Assembly: GCF_003704095.1 (NCBI RefSeq)
Contig: NW_020844815.1
Coordinates: forward strand, 62,001-126,000
DNA length: 64,000 nucleotides
Reading direction: 5' to 3'
Source of the DNA: Pocillopora damicornis
Lineage: Eukaryota
The notes beneath the pieces were generated by a model that ran no database searches, had not been told where the DNA came from, and saw nothing but the letters and a program-made list of their open reading frames with translations. Every line of letters starts with the position of its first letter. The first letter of the stretch is position 1. Both the position numbers and the translations under genes were made by a program. Below, one piece after another: positions 1 to 11,900 of this stretch.

Positions 1-176
1 GACAACCTTTTTAAAAGCTAAAACATAAGGTGTTGCGGTACGTCGCGCGCAATGCTTTCTGTCTCGCGAGTTCTTTGTTCGCGCGCGTCGATCAGCCTAG
101 TCGCGCGCGGGAAAAGTGAAAGCGCGTCCGTTGTCGCGCGCCTCCACTACTCGCACATAAGTGGGAACGGCCCTTA
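1..176. mobile_element. Possible right end of a PIF/Harbinger-like non-autonomous DNA element
   Basis: CpG-rich stretch (many CGCGCG) ending ...AGTGGGAACGGCCC followed by TTA. The other end is outside the window. Confidence 0.35.
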
Positions 177-2020
177 AGCGATTTTACATTTGCTAGCAGG
201 ACTTCGATTTGAATCGCTAACTTTTCATTTTGTTTCTCGTTTTGAATGTGGTTTAAAAGTGCGGGATACGAAAAATATGTAAAACAAAAATTGTCAGAAT
301 TCAAATGAAGTTAAAAACATTCATACTAAACTTGTTAACACTAGAAAGCTCACAGCCGCTAATGAAGTCTTAAAAAGAGAAACAGACAGTGTTAAAAATA
401 AGTCTTGCTTCTTCAGCCGTATCCCTCGAGGTCGCGATGATGATTAATTGTATTTATAAATGAAACCCATCACATTTGGCGTCTACCCGGATTCCTTCTG
501 GAATTTTTAGTAACCTCAAGAACCAACCGCTAACGATTGAGAACTCGGCGACTCATTAACAGAAAGAATGTTATTGTGGAGATATTTAAGGACTAAGAAT
601 CTTTCGAAGTTTTCTAAATAAGGGAATGTGCATGGACAGAAATGAAATTTTATGCTAAATTTTTGATCCTGGATGACCACTCATTTTTTCAACAACATGA
701 CTGACATCGAATGCCTTTGCCGCTATATTCAGTGCTTTAGTATGTTCACGATTGACCGACTCACCCTTAAATTTTTATCGACCTTTTCTAACATTCTGTA
801 TCAACAATACGATTTTCATGAGGCAAAATCATAATTGTCGAGTTTGGATTCTCAGCCTCGAAGTTACCACACAAACCTACTATTGTTTATAACAAGCTGC
901 CGTCTGCGGTGCAAGATTAGAGCAGAACCTTCTGGATTCGTTTGGTTCTGCTTTTCAGTGAAGAAAATCGCACAAAGTTCGGATATTGTCAGATTATCAC
1001 CGTCAAGTGAAAATTAAAAGGAAAAGGTCAAGTTTTATGCAAAAGAATAAACCAGTAATGATGAGGTGTAAATTAGTACTTGATTGACCTACACCTAAGT
1101 TTCTGAACCAAACAAATACCCTCACTCGAATGGAACCTGATAGTGCGTTGACTAAACTTGCGGCAAAGTATTTGTTTGCTTCACCCTGACTGACCTGTAA
1201 TCATCCAAGCTAATCAGCCGTTAATTTACACTATATCATTACTCGTGTATTCTTCGGCATAAAACCATCTGACACTCTACAAGTTTATCTTAACTTAGCT
1301 GTTTTTTTTTCTCTTTAAATTGTCACTTGACAATGATATCACATGATACCGAAAATTTGTGCGTCTTAAATGGAGAGTAGTATATGGGCGCGCGTCGATA
1401 TGGAATGCACTTACTCGTGAGATATCGGGTTGAACAGTACTGAACACGAGAAGAGAAATTTCACATCTACTATGTTGTTTATTATATAGAAACACCATAG
1501 ACCTTAACTGAGAAGAAAAGTCGACTTTCTTAAAGAATGAGTGGTGCGAAAGGCGAATGACGTGTCAGCGGCTGATTGGGGATATCAAACACACGAAAAA
1601 AATATCGTATTTTTTTACATTTGAGCAGTTAAAGCTTTTCTCAGGGCTGGATATCCTTATAAAACACAGCAGTTTAAATAATGACATGCTATATAAGGTT
1701 CTCTGATATCTTTCTCGTGTACAGTCAACAGGAAAAATGAAACGCGTGACCTGAATGTAACGGACTCGTCATATCCAACGCTGTGCTCTGTCTTTAGCGA
1801 GGCTATGCTTTACGTTAAAAAATGTGATACATTGTAAACTCATCGCCATAAGCTCAACCAACCTCACTTTTTAACATGAAAGACGGTAGCGAAGTATATG
1901 CGGGAACATGTTTCGATGTGACATATCCTTTTCAGTCACAATATTTCATTAAAATTTTGATTAGGTTCTTTTAATTAAGGGAAAGATGAACCCTTTATAA
2001 TTTCCCTCCCTTCCGCCGTG

Positions 2021-2167
2021 TGGCTTCGGTGCTCAGTAAGTAGTAGCATGCACTTAACTATGGAGGCCTGGGTTCGAATCCTGTCAAAACCTGAATTTGT
2101 TTTCAGGCTTCAGTTTCTGCAATTGCTTAAATTGCAGTCCACTTGCGGGGATTATTTCTTTGTTTAA
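2021..2167 (+). mobile_element. tRNA-derived SINE (degenerate)
   Basis: A-box-like TGGCTTCGGTGCTCAGTAAG and B-box GGTTCGAATCC (2071-2081), then a body with hairpins CCTGAA...TTCAGG and TGCAATT...AATTGCA. No complete tRNA cloverleaf. Confidence 0.7.
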
Positions 2168-3254
2168 GTGTTGGAAAAACCGTTTAAACTTGTTACATAG
2201 TAAAGGAGCCTCCACATCAACTAGGAAAATCCCACTTTAAATTAAAAGTTCATTATGTAAATTTTTAGACTGAAAAGTTAACTAATTATGTAAGCCTCCT
2301 TAGGTTGTTAAAAATTCAAACGACCTCTCACCACCACTCTGAGTTATTGTAAGTGAAAAAGGTGCGTGTGATATTGAAACATGTACTACAAATTCGAACA
2401 TCTTGATCAACCGACTGCCTTCCTGACCGCAGTGTTTGTTTCACGAAATCATCAAAAGTTACCACAAAAGGATATAGAATGCTCGCATCTTGCGTTGGTG
2501 AGTTTTCGTTCTCAATATGAGTGCGCAGCACAGGATAAAAGATACCGCAACCAGTTTCAAGTATGACACAAATATTTTTGACAAAGGATTAAAGTCAATG
2601 GAGAGTTTATTTGGAAATCTCATCATATATTCCTGTGTCCAAAGAATTTGCAGTGCGTGCAACATTTTAAATACCTCAGCAAAAGTAGGGAAAAAGTAAC
2701 GTATCGAGAGTGTTTTATACTACCATCTTCATATCAAAGGCATATAACTGAAAATTTCTGAAAATTTCGCCATGGATTAAAAAAAAAAGATTAAGGCGAA
2801 ACCCACAAATTACTATTACAGATCCAGTGACATAAAAAAAAAAAAACGTAGGTCACAATGTTTTGATATTGTTCAAAAATTGTTTAAAAAACTTCATGCC
2901 TTAACTTTTTGATTTTTGCTTTTGTGACTGAGGTGCAAGGAACTTTGCTGTATTCCTTAAGTAACGAACTACGAGTTTAATAGAGAAACCTCGCAGACAG
3001 ATATCATATTATGTGCAAAGAGAAATTATAACACAATTCTCACCTAAGTTATAACAATTTTAGGTTTTTCCCTTACAAAAAACCTTTAACATGTGCTTAA
3101 GATATAAGCAACGAAATTCATGATGGGCTCTATTATTTTTAATATCCTTATCATATGGTTGTGACAGTTATCGATATCTAACGCATACCAAGCTGAGACT
3201 TAAGAGTAGAGACCTGCCAAGAGCAAAAAACAAAAAGGTGATAATTAATATTTT

Positions 3255-3520
3255 TCTTACATGGAAACAGTAAGTACGTGCGCTGTGATTGGTCAATTTA
3301 GTGACTCGTATTTCGCCGTAGGGCCCGCTAAATTCAAAAGTTGTTTTGAATTAAAATCTTCTCTCTATTTGAATCCAGAGATATAATAAATATTATACTC
3401 ACCTCGTTTTCTCGGTCCATGCTGTAAGTTACGGAACCTCGTTTTTTTCCGCTCGGATTTATGGCGCGCGCGCGCTTCACGTAACTTACAGGACGGACCT
3501 CGGACTCGGTTAGTAAGAGT
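3255..3520. repeat. Dispersed non-autonomous repeat; related fragments at ~14940-15060 and ~21295-21415
   Basis: The motif CTGTAAGTTACGG...GATTTATGGC...TAACTTACAG recurs in decayed form within the window. Confidence 0.45.
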
Positions 3521-3917
3521 TAAGCACATTGAATCTAAGCATTGACGAAATGAATGAATAAATAAAAGGAATGATGGATAAATTGATGGGTGGATGAAAA
3601 AGTAAATAGTGGTCATAAACGGCTCATGATAAAAGTGCTTACTTAAAACTGACCAAACAGTGAATTTCATCCAAATTCCTGATCATTTTCCCAACGCCTT
3701 TGCTTCCTTTGATCTTTACCACTGATAGGCGAAATTCAATTTAGCTGCAGTCAATCTTGTTTAATTAACCGCGAGAAAAGTAATGGTATTGAAAAATGAC
3801 GATATCGTCATACTTGGAAATGCCTTTTCTTGGCACACTGACTAAGCCTTCTTTCACGCTCATCACAAATCAATCACGCCCAGTCACACTTCACACTAAA
3901 TTACACTTCATATTTAC

Positions 3918-6900
3918 CTCGTTTTCCATCAGCTTTCTCCTGGTTAAACACAGTTGAGCTTCACTCCTGTTGCCAGCTTTCAAAACTTGTTGCGCCTTAG
4001 CATGCTCTTGAGGGATCTTCGTTTGAAGTTGACGTATGTAGTCTGTCGGATTAAACACCAATGTCAGAATAAAAACGTCCTAAATAGAAAGTAGTCGGGC
4101 TATTTGTTTAGTTCTTTACACAGTATAACGCGACAAGCATCCTTTCTTACTTAGAGCCTTAAGAAGGAGGTGAAGAAGTCTATACTGTGACGTGGGAGTT
4201 TTACCCTAAACATCTATCTGGTTTTCGGCACAAACCAAAAACACGGCAATCCTCTTGAATAAGATGATATAATGACCTTTTGAATCAGAAATTGAGCTCT
4301 TCTAGTCCTTGTGGGCCAATTTCGTCACTCGTTCAAAGCGTTTCAAAGCGCACAAGTATTCGGTCTCTCAAACCCTTGAGGCTATAATCACTGATACCAA
4401 TGCATTCTGTGTGATACATTCACCCAAGCTATTCCTGTCCTGCTTCGTGCAATATTTTAAAGAAAAAAGGAGATAAGCTCATACGCACTTATCAATACGT
4501 TTTTGTCACCACTCGATAGAGTCCTCTCCACTTCAGCTATCTTCTGCTGACACAGTTTGCAGCGCTGTATGAGGACTGCAGGAGGCATTTCTCCTTTGGC
4601 TTTATGAGCAGCAATCTATGACACAAAAAACAAACATGATCAGCACCATCAACATCAGTGAATAAATATGTGTCAACGCAGTCACGACGGATGGTGATAG
4701 TGAACCTTACCACCTCTGGCTCCTGATAGGAGCTATCGGTTTGTTTCTTTGACTCACAAAATAGGCTCGACTGTGCTTTGTTCTGCTGTAACACACGCAG
4801 GAAGTGGCCAGAGCACGAAACAAATGTAGGACAAACTTTACTTCTCGAGAGCTCTGGTCGCTTCCTGACTGTTTTACAACAGAACAGAGCTTAGTCGAGG
4901 CTTCTTTATTTGTTGTTATTTTTGTCTTTTTTTGTACAAATGGGTCGATGACGTGACAGCGCTACTCTTAGGTTTGATAAAGCACGCTGTTTCAGCCAAT
5001 CAGAACGCGCGTTACATAGAATCTTTATAACATAAGTTGACTCGAGAAACAGCAGCTGGTTCTCTTTTGTAGTACGACTGTTAATTTGTATCCATTCCAG
5101 TGAAATTGTGTAGAGAAGGGTTGGAGGAATAATAACTTTAGTAATAAGTATTTTACACGAGAATGTACCGTGAATAGGCTTAGCGTTGGGACTCGTGTTA
5201 TCTCTCCAACCATATTTGTCTGAAAACATGTCTGAGCCCGCTTCATCGACTTGGTCATGTACGCCGTACGAACATTGCCTGTTTGCATGGTCTTCTCTGG
5301 CGTTACTATCCAACACTTGTAAAATATTAGCAATACAAGTTCACCTGTTTTTCGGCGATCTGTTTTTCCAGTTTCAAGACCTCCAAGCTAGCAAATTCCG
5401 TCGCAATACTAGGAAAAAACAGCGCCAAAAAGATTAAAAAGTAAAACGGTGCAAAAAAATCAGTTTACCCGAGCGAAACTGTTGTATGAAGACGGTTGCC
5501 AAAACCGCAAAATAAGAGACAGAAACTCATCCTTTGTGATATACTAAGGAGAACGTATAAAAAGTGAGCAGCCTGTCCATCTCTGTTCATTTACACCCAG
5601 AGCTACCTTTTTCCATCTTAAGGCCGCCAACTAGGCGATTTAGAGGTCAAAACGTTCCTCGTTTGGGTTGGGGAAGGTGAAAGCGCTCATTTAATAATTT
5701 ACAAAAGGAATTTACCGGAGGACTGAAAAATGATTTTCACCATTTATCAGAGGTCATTTAATTTTATCTTTTCTCAGAGCCCAAGACTCAATACGATTCT
5801 AACCGCAGTGTCTTTTCTATAAACGTTAAAAATCAGTATTTATTATAATCTCTCTATTATATTATCTGCTTGACAAACAAGTTATGCCTGAACAGGTGGT
5901 CTATCTAACGTGAAGAGGCGAATACTATTTTTTCAAGTCATATATATTACTCTGTATTAATCCACTCTTTTACACTCTTTTCTGTACTGTTATTTCGCAC
6001 TCGTGTTAAAAATTCTTAGTCAACCTAAACTACTACATATTTTTACGACAGTTGTTGGTTTTCTATACAACAACAACGACGACGAGGCAAAAGCATTTCT
6101 ACATATACAAACACGAAGTTTAAGCTCCTTCGAGCATTTTATACAGCGTTACAAACCAAATTTCTTGATAATTTTTAAGTGGAAGAACTAGCCTGCTAGT
6201 ACATAAACACATGGGAACTGTTGAAGGATCTTAATAATTTATTTCTATCATTATCAAAATTAGTAAGGATAACGAAAAAATATGTTACTCGCAGCTTAGA
6301 TGAAGGAGGTAAGAGTATTTCTGATCTTTTATACACATCCTTAAACACAAACTTCGGCAAATATGATCCACGATGTTTTGCTAAACTTAGGCGCAGTACC
6401 AGCTGCACTTGTTAGATTCTAACCATAGCTTAACTTTCCTTTAAAATCTGTGATGAAAGAATGCTAGTAAAAAAATGTCAAGTACTCCTAGATAAATACC
6501 GTGATGACGTATAAAAGCCTCGATATAATGCAGATACATGGTGATGACGTATGAAAGCCTCGATATAGTGTACAGAGGGAAACGATGCGCTTAAAATTAA
6601 CTTAGTCGAACTTTCAATGCAGGATTTCTTGGCTGACTGACAAGTATGGTTTTCAGTCTTCAGTTTAATCCTCCCTCTTAGAGGCCACGAGCTTGTCAAC
6701 TGACAGAACAAACTGCTGATTTGGCGCTACGAACGAAATAGATAAGAGAGACATGAATAAATGATTTGAAAGAAAATAGGAAACTCTCAAATACACTTGA
6801 ACAGCTGAACAATTTCACGAAGAAAATTTCACATGGTGCAACAACCATGCTTTAAAAGCGACAATCTCTTTTATACAAAAACTCAGACCATCAAAGATGG

Positions 6901-8959
6901 TTTACTAATCACAAAGTTTATTCTTTACTGAAGTATAAACTATTGCTTCACTATGTCATTAGTTCACGAAAGTTCTTAAATAACACAAAAATGTGCCGAT
7001 GCTTCGCTTTCCCGGCTGCTTTTTATCTTTTATTTCAAATAAGCTATTTATTTGCTTCGCAACGCTTTTGCTTCCTGAAAAAAAGTGAAAACCGGCCATT
7101 AAAAATAAAATGCAGGAAGAGTTGCTGGTATATAATTTGAGGTTTTCACTGACACTTATTTTAGAATGCAGCCGAGCGATGAATCTCAGTTCTTCACTTA
7201 ATCTTGAAAAAGTAAAAATTATGAGTAGTAAATGTTGGAAATAACACCAACTTAAGACTGAGCAATTACCTCTGTATGGTCATCAGAATTCATCCAAACT
7301 GCACACAAAATCTAAACGTATTCTTACATGGTTTCTAACAAAGATTGCGCAAAATAGGCAATTACTAGTTGAGACAGTTTCCTTCGAGTTTGTGGACTAG
7401 CAGGCAGCTTCTTGTGTTGGTGTTAGATTGTTAGTGTGTTTATTATAACTGAAGATATCATGCCAGGACTGTTGTTCATAAGGTTGGAGTAGGCGGGGTG
7501 ATAAAGCGTAACACACAAGGACTTAATAACAATAATAATACTATTAATATTAAAAATAACAGTAATCCCATTTCATTTTAAGGATAACATTTATTTCCAC
7601 ACTAGAAGTTATTTCAATCATAACCCAAATGTGTATTTATGTGAAGATAGACTAACAGCTCGTTCACTTGTCTTCGAGCAGTTTTTACCAACAGCAGATT
7701 TAATCATGTTGAATTCAAATAGCGATCAGTGCAAATGAATGTACTCACTCTGGTCCTCTTGTTACTTTGCCAGGTTTTGGTGGCAAATTAGCCGGTTCCT
7801 AAGAGAAGAAACCAATCCAATGTCAATCTGATTATCAATCTAAACTTGTTGCACAAACCTATGACCGACCACATCACAGTTGTCGAGAAAAAATGGTTGT
7901 TCTGTCTTCTTCTGAAAACACTTGTCAATGACCAACATCGCCAAGGCTAATCAACTAATGTTCCAGTTAACCCTTCAACTCCTAGACGTGATTAACAAGT
8001 AACTTCTCCCTACAACATACATACATTAACCAGCAAACAGGTAATGAGAATACTCAAGCTTATCAGGAAGACGTCGTTATCTTGATCTAACACCAAATTC
8101 TCGTAACTAATTCACAAGGGAATGTGTAGAAGTTGAAGGAGAGAATTAACTATCAGATCTTGGGAGTTAAAGGGTTAAATCCTAGCAAATCACGTCTTGA
8201 CAATGTATTACTTCATCTTGACATGCTTTTTCTCGTGATATTTTCTTAGCATGTCGACTAAGCAAGCCAACTGGATAAGATAGCACTACATCATTTATAT
8301 ATTTTCCTTCTTTAAAATATAGCACATCAACGTTTTCAAAAGAGGACCACCAAAGACAAAAAAAACTGTGACTGTCCCATTTTTTTTGGTAATAAATTTG
8401 TCTTCAATCAAAGCCGAGAACAGAGAATGATCATTGACAGATGAAGTCTGAATTAATAGGTGACAATTATTGCGAAAGACCTGGAAAGAAAAAACACACA
8501 CTCACCTTAGAAACAGCGCCTGCCTGTTAACCAAACAAAACATGTTAACGTCTGATTTAGTTTTAATTTGCGCAAGACTGAAAGAAAGATCACTGTACCC
8601 TGAAGTTCATACAAAATATGCAATATCCACCTCGTGTGAAATGTTGGCCATGAATTTCTGAGAAAAACTACTTAAGACATATCCGGCTGAGAGGCCGACA
8701 AACAACCCTCAGTTTTTGAAGCTTAAAACGACCAGCCAGAAACTGTTTAATATCTAATTGGGTAATTTGGTATCATAAACTGAGTTGATAACGTAATTTG
8801 GCCACCGTAGAGAGTTTCAAAGCTGACGTTTCGAACGTTAGCCCCTAGACCGAGCGAAGGACGAAGGGCTAACGTTCGAAATGTCAGCTTTGAAACTGTT
8901 TACGGTGGCCAATTTACGTTATCAACTCAGGTGATAATACCAAATTACCCTGTTGTACC

Positions 8960-8993
<34 letters not shown>

Positions 8994-11900
8994 TCTTACC
9001 CCCTTTATTCATGATATCTAGTTGGTTCGAAAAAAGGCCCATGCAAAGTGGAAGAACCCAATTTGCATGGACACGCAACCAAAACGAACCAAAGAAGCTA
9101 CGCTAAAGTTCGTGGATTTTTAAAAGCTTCGTCGACAATTTGCATGAGCATCATTTGTACTCCGCGTTAATTTGCACCACTCTTAGCCATACTCATTCTT
9201 TTGCGTTTTGTTCTTTTCTAGTTAAATTGTCTGACATAACAATAATTGTTCAAAGGTTCATGCTATTGAAATAGAACTCTCCATGAGATACCAATATCAT
9301 TACGTATGTAATAAGAAAGTAGTTCGCCTCTCAGCAGGTCTCCGTTATTAACGCGGCTGCAGGACGCGCATTTTCCCGCCCGCGGGAAGATTTGAGACGG
9401 GCCGGGGAGAGGTTTACGGGGGGGTCTGGCACTAATAATCAGTTCCAGACCCATTATAGACCTCTCGCTGGCTCCCGTTGTTCAAGATCTCCTAGTTTCC
9501 CGCGGGCGAAGAAACACTCGTGCTGAAGCGCTGATAACGAGGACCTACTCGTAGGCTGGCAAATCGTCCAACACACTCACTTTCCTGGACGTCAAGTGAA
9601 CATCAATAACAAGCCATTTCCATTTTTCAACTTTCACATCTTTATCCACCAACGGCTCTCTGATCCTCATGTGAACTTCAAGTTTCCCGCCGACCGCTTT
9701 TCGTCCACGTTCCGTATCCATTACCTTGAGGGAAAAAAATATATATATATATTTATAAACGATCTGTACGTACAGATCTGGCTCCTTAGAAAACGTGCAG
9801 AGAACAGTATGGAGAATATGGCTTTTAATGTTAGGGTCCACCATAAAAACATCAATTAAAGAATAAACCAAATTAACACTTACATCAAAACAGTCGTGAA
9901 TTTCACACTTGTTATCAAATGGGGTAAGCTTCACTTGCACTTGTCCCAAAGCTTTGTCACCTTTGAGGAAGCCCCTGGAAGATATCATATCAGCTTTCAT
10001 AATCATGCGCAGTTGAGCCTGTATTAAGCAGTATCATATTAAGCGGTCACCCTGTATTAAGCGGTCAGTTGTTTAAGTCCCCAATTTGTTTCCCCTTAAT
10101 CCCTGTAATTTTCACCTCTTTTAGGCGGTCACATCTATTAAGAGGTCGCGGTCACCCTTTACTAAGCCCAACCGCCTGTTTTTATTGTTCTTCACCTGTA
10201 TTTAACGGTCACTGAAAGCAGGAACACTCAAATAAAACCAAGAAGAATCTTTCAAAATATTTTTAATCCATGTATCTCTCCCAAAAGCAAAGTAAGTAGT
10301 ATTTCCGAGCGAGATTCTGCACATTCATTTGTTAGTTATAGCACTAAACGGCGTTGTGTATCATCTTTTTGTAATACCCCTATTCTGTCGAACTGGTTGT
10401 CATCCTTCCATTCCCCTTTGGTGCGCTTAATACAGGTTTAACTGTATCTAAAAGAGAACCCTGTCGCAGATCGCCCCCTTTACCTCTCCTTCCCGAAACA
10501 CCCCATTCACACCCGCAGTCTGTCAGTAAGGGCTAGCAAGAGAATATTCTTGAACAAATTTTAACCTAACACTTCAATAGCTAATCCCCACTCCCAGGAG
10601 GGATGTAGCGACCCCTTTGATTATCCGCACAACATCCAGCAAAAACGGGACGACCACTAACGAGAAATGAGGTATTTATAAAAATAGGTAATGCAACTAA
10701 GTCATACCTTTCATATTTGACTTCAAATTTGACGGGCTGTCTCTTGAAAATTCTTCCTAAAGATCGATTTTTCCTATCTATCTGTACTTTGAAAACCTCT
10801 TTGTAATCTGTAAAGAAAGTTAACACAAGGAAGCAGTTAGGGCAGGCACTGAAATAAAAATTCAGACAACTAGAAAAACAAACAAACAAACAAAACAAAC
10901 TAGAAAATTTACCTGGATTGATAGAGTGCTTAATAGTTTGTGTCCTGCCGGTCTGAGGTTCATCTGCCTGAAGATTAACAACAGAAAGATATTCCAAACA
11001 TCTATCGTAAGTCACGTTCAGTAATTTCGGACATAGGGATAAAAAAGGCTCTTTAAGCAGAGAGGATAAAAAACTAAATTAATAAATCAATCACCAGGTA
11101 AAAATTTATGCTTCTCGCTCAGAATTGTCCTCCAAAGCCTTTGTTTGGTGCCAGGCTGTTGAATGACAAGACCAAACAAAAGCGGCTCAGGAGACTACAG
11201 TGACAAATCAGTAATGATGAACTTACACTTGGAAAAGGAAATTCATAAGATACATAAGTGTACATGTCCTTTGGTTGATAACCTGTGTTAAAAAGAAAAC
11301 AGTGAAGATTAACATCCCAAAGTAAGCCTACACAACAGAAAGTTCTTAACATACGTTTAACCTTTTAACTCCCGTGAGTGACCAAGACAGAATTTCTCCT
11401 TACAATATCAATACAACATCAACCAGATAAGTGATGAGAATAAAGAAAAATATCAATTTGGAGATAATAAGTTGATCCAGCACTAAATTCTCTGAACTAA
11501 TATCGTAAGAATTGTATGGTTGAAAGCAAGGAGAATTACAGATTTGATCTGGGTGTTAAAGGGTTAATGCAAATACATTTCAAAGTAACGATAACAGTAA
11601 CAAAAAGGTGATCAAGTGTTCCCCTAAGAAACACATCCTATAGGTACTATTCACTAGTATTTTCCATATTCCGCATTTAACGTCGACTTTCTCTAATTGG
11701 CCATAGTGGGGCATTCCTACAATTTAGAAAACCTTGGCTGAAATGGGTCAGGTACAGTAGATAAGGCAATAGGAAAGTAATAAAATTTCTTCGTGAAAAG
11801 TATTGTATAAGAATCTGTCGTCAACGTCGTCTTAATAAAGATATCCAAACCAGCCAAAATTCTGGTCGCCCTCTATGATGTGCCCACTGGGGTCAGTTAC

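Noticed and set aside
2021-2095. Possible tRNA gene
   Set aside because: A B-box is present but there is no acceptor stem or proper cloverleaf, and the sequence continues into a SINE-like body.
1295-3760. Candidates for the terminal CC2D1 exon
   Set aside because: Several AG acceptors give short peptides, but none could be chosen confidently without transcript data.
5162-5320. Coding-looking segment as an extra CC2D1 exon
   Set aside because: Only ~25 nt from the exon at 5345, which is too short for an intron. Splicing from the previous exon gives an immediate stop.
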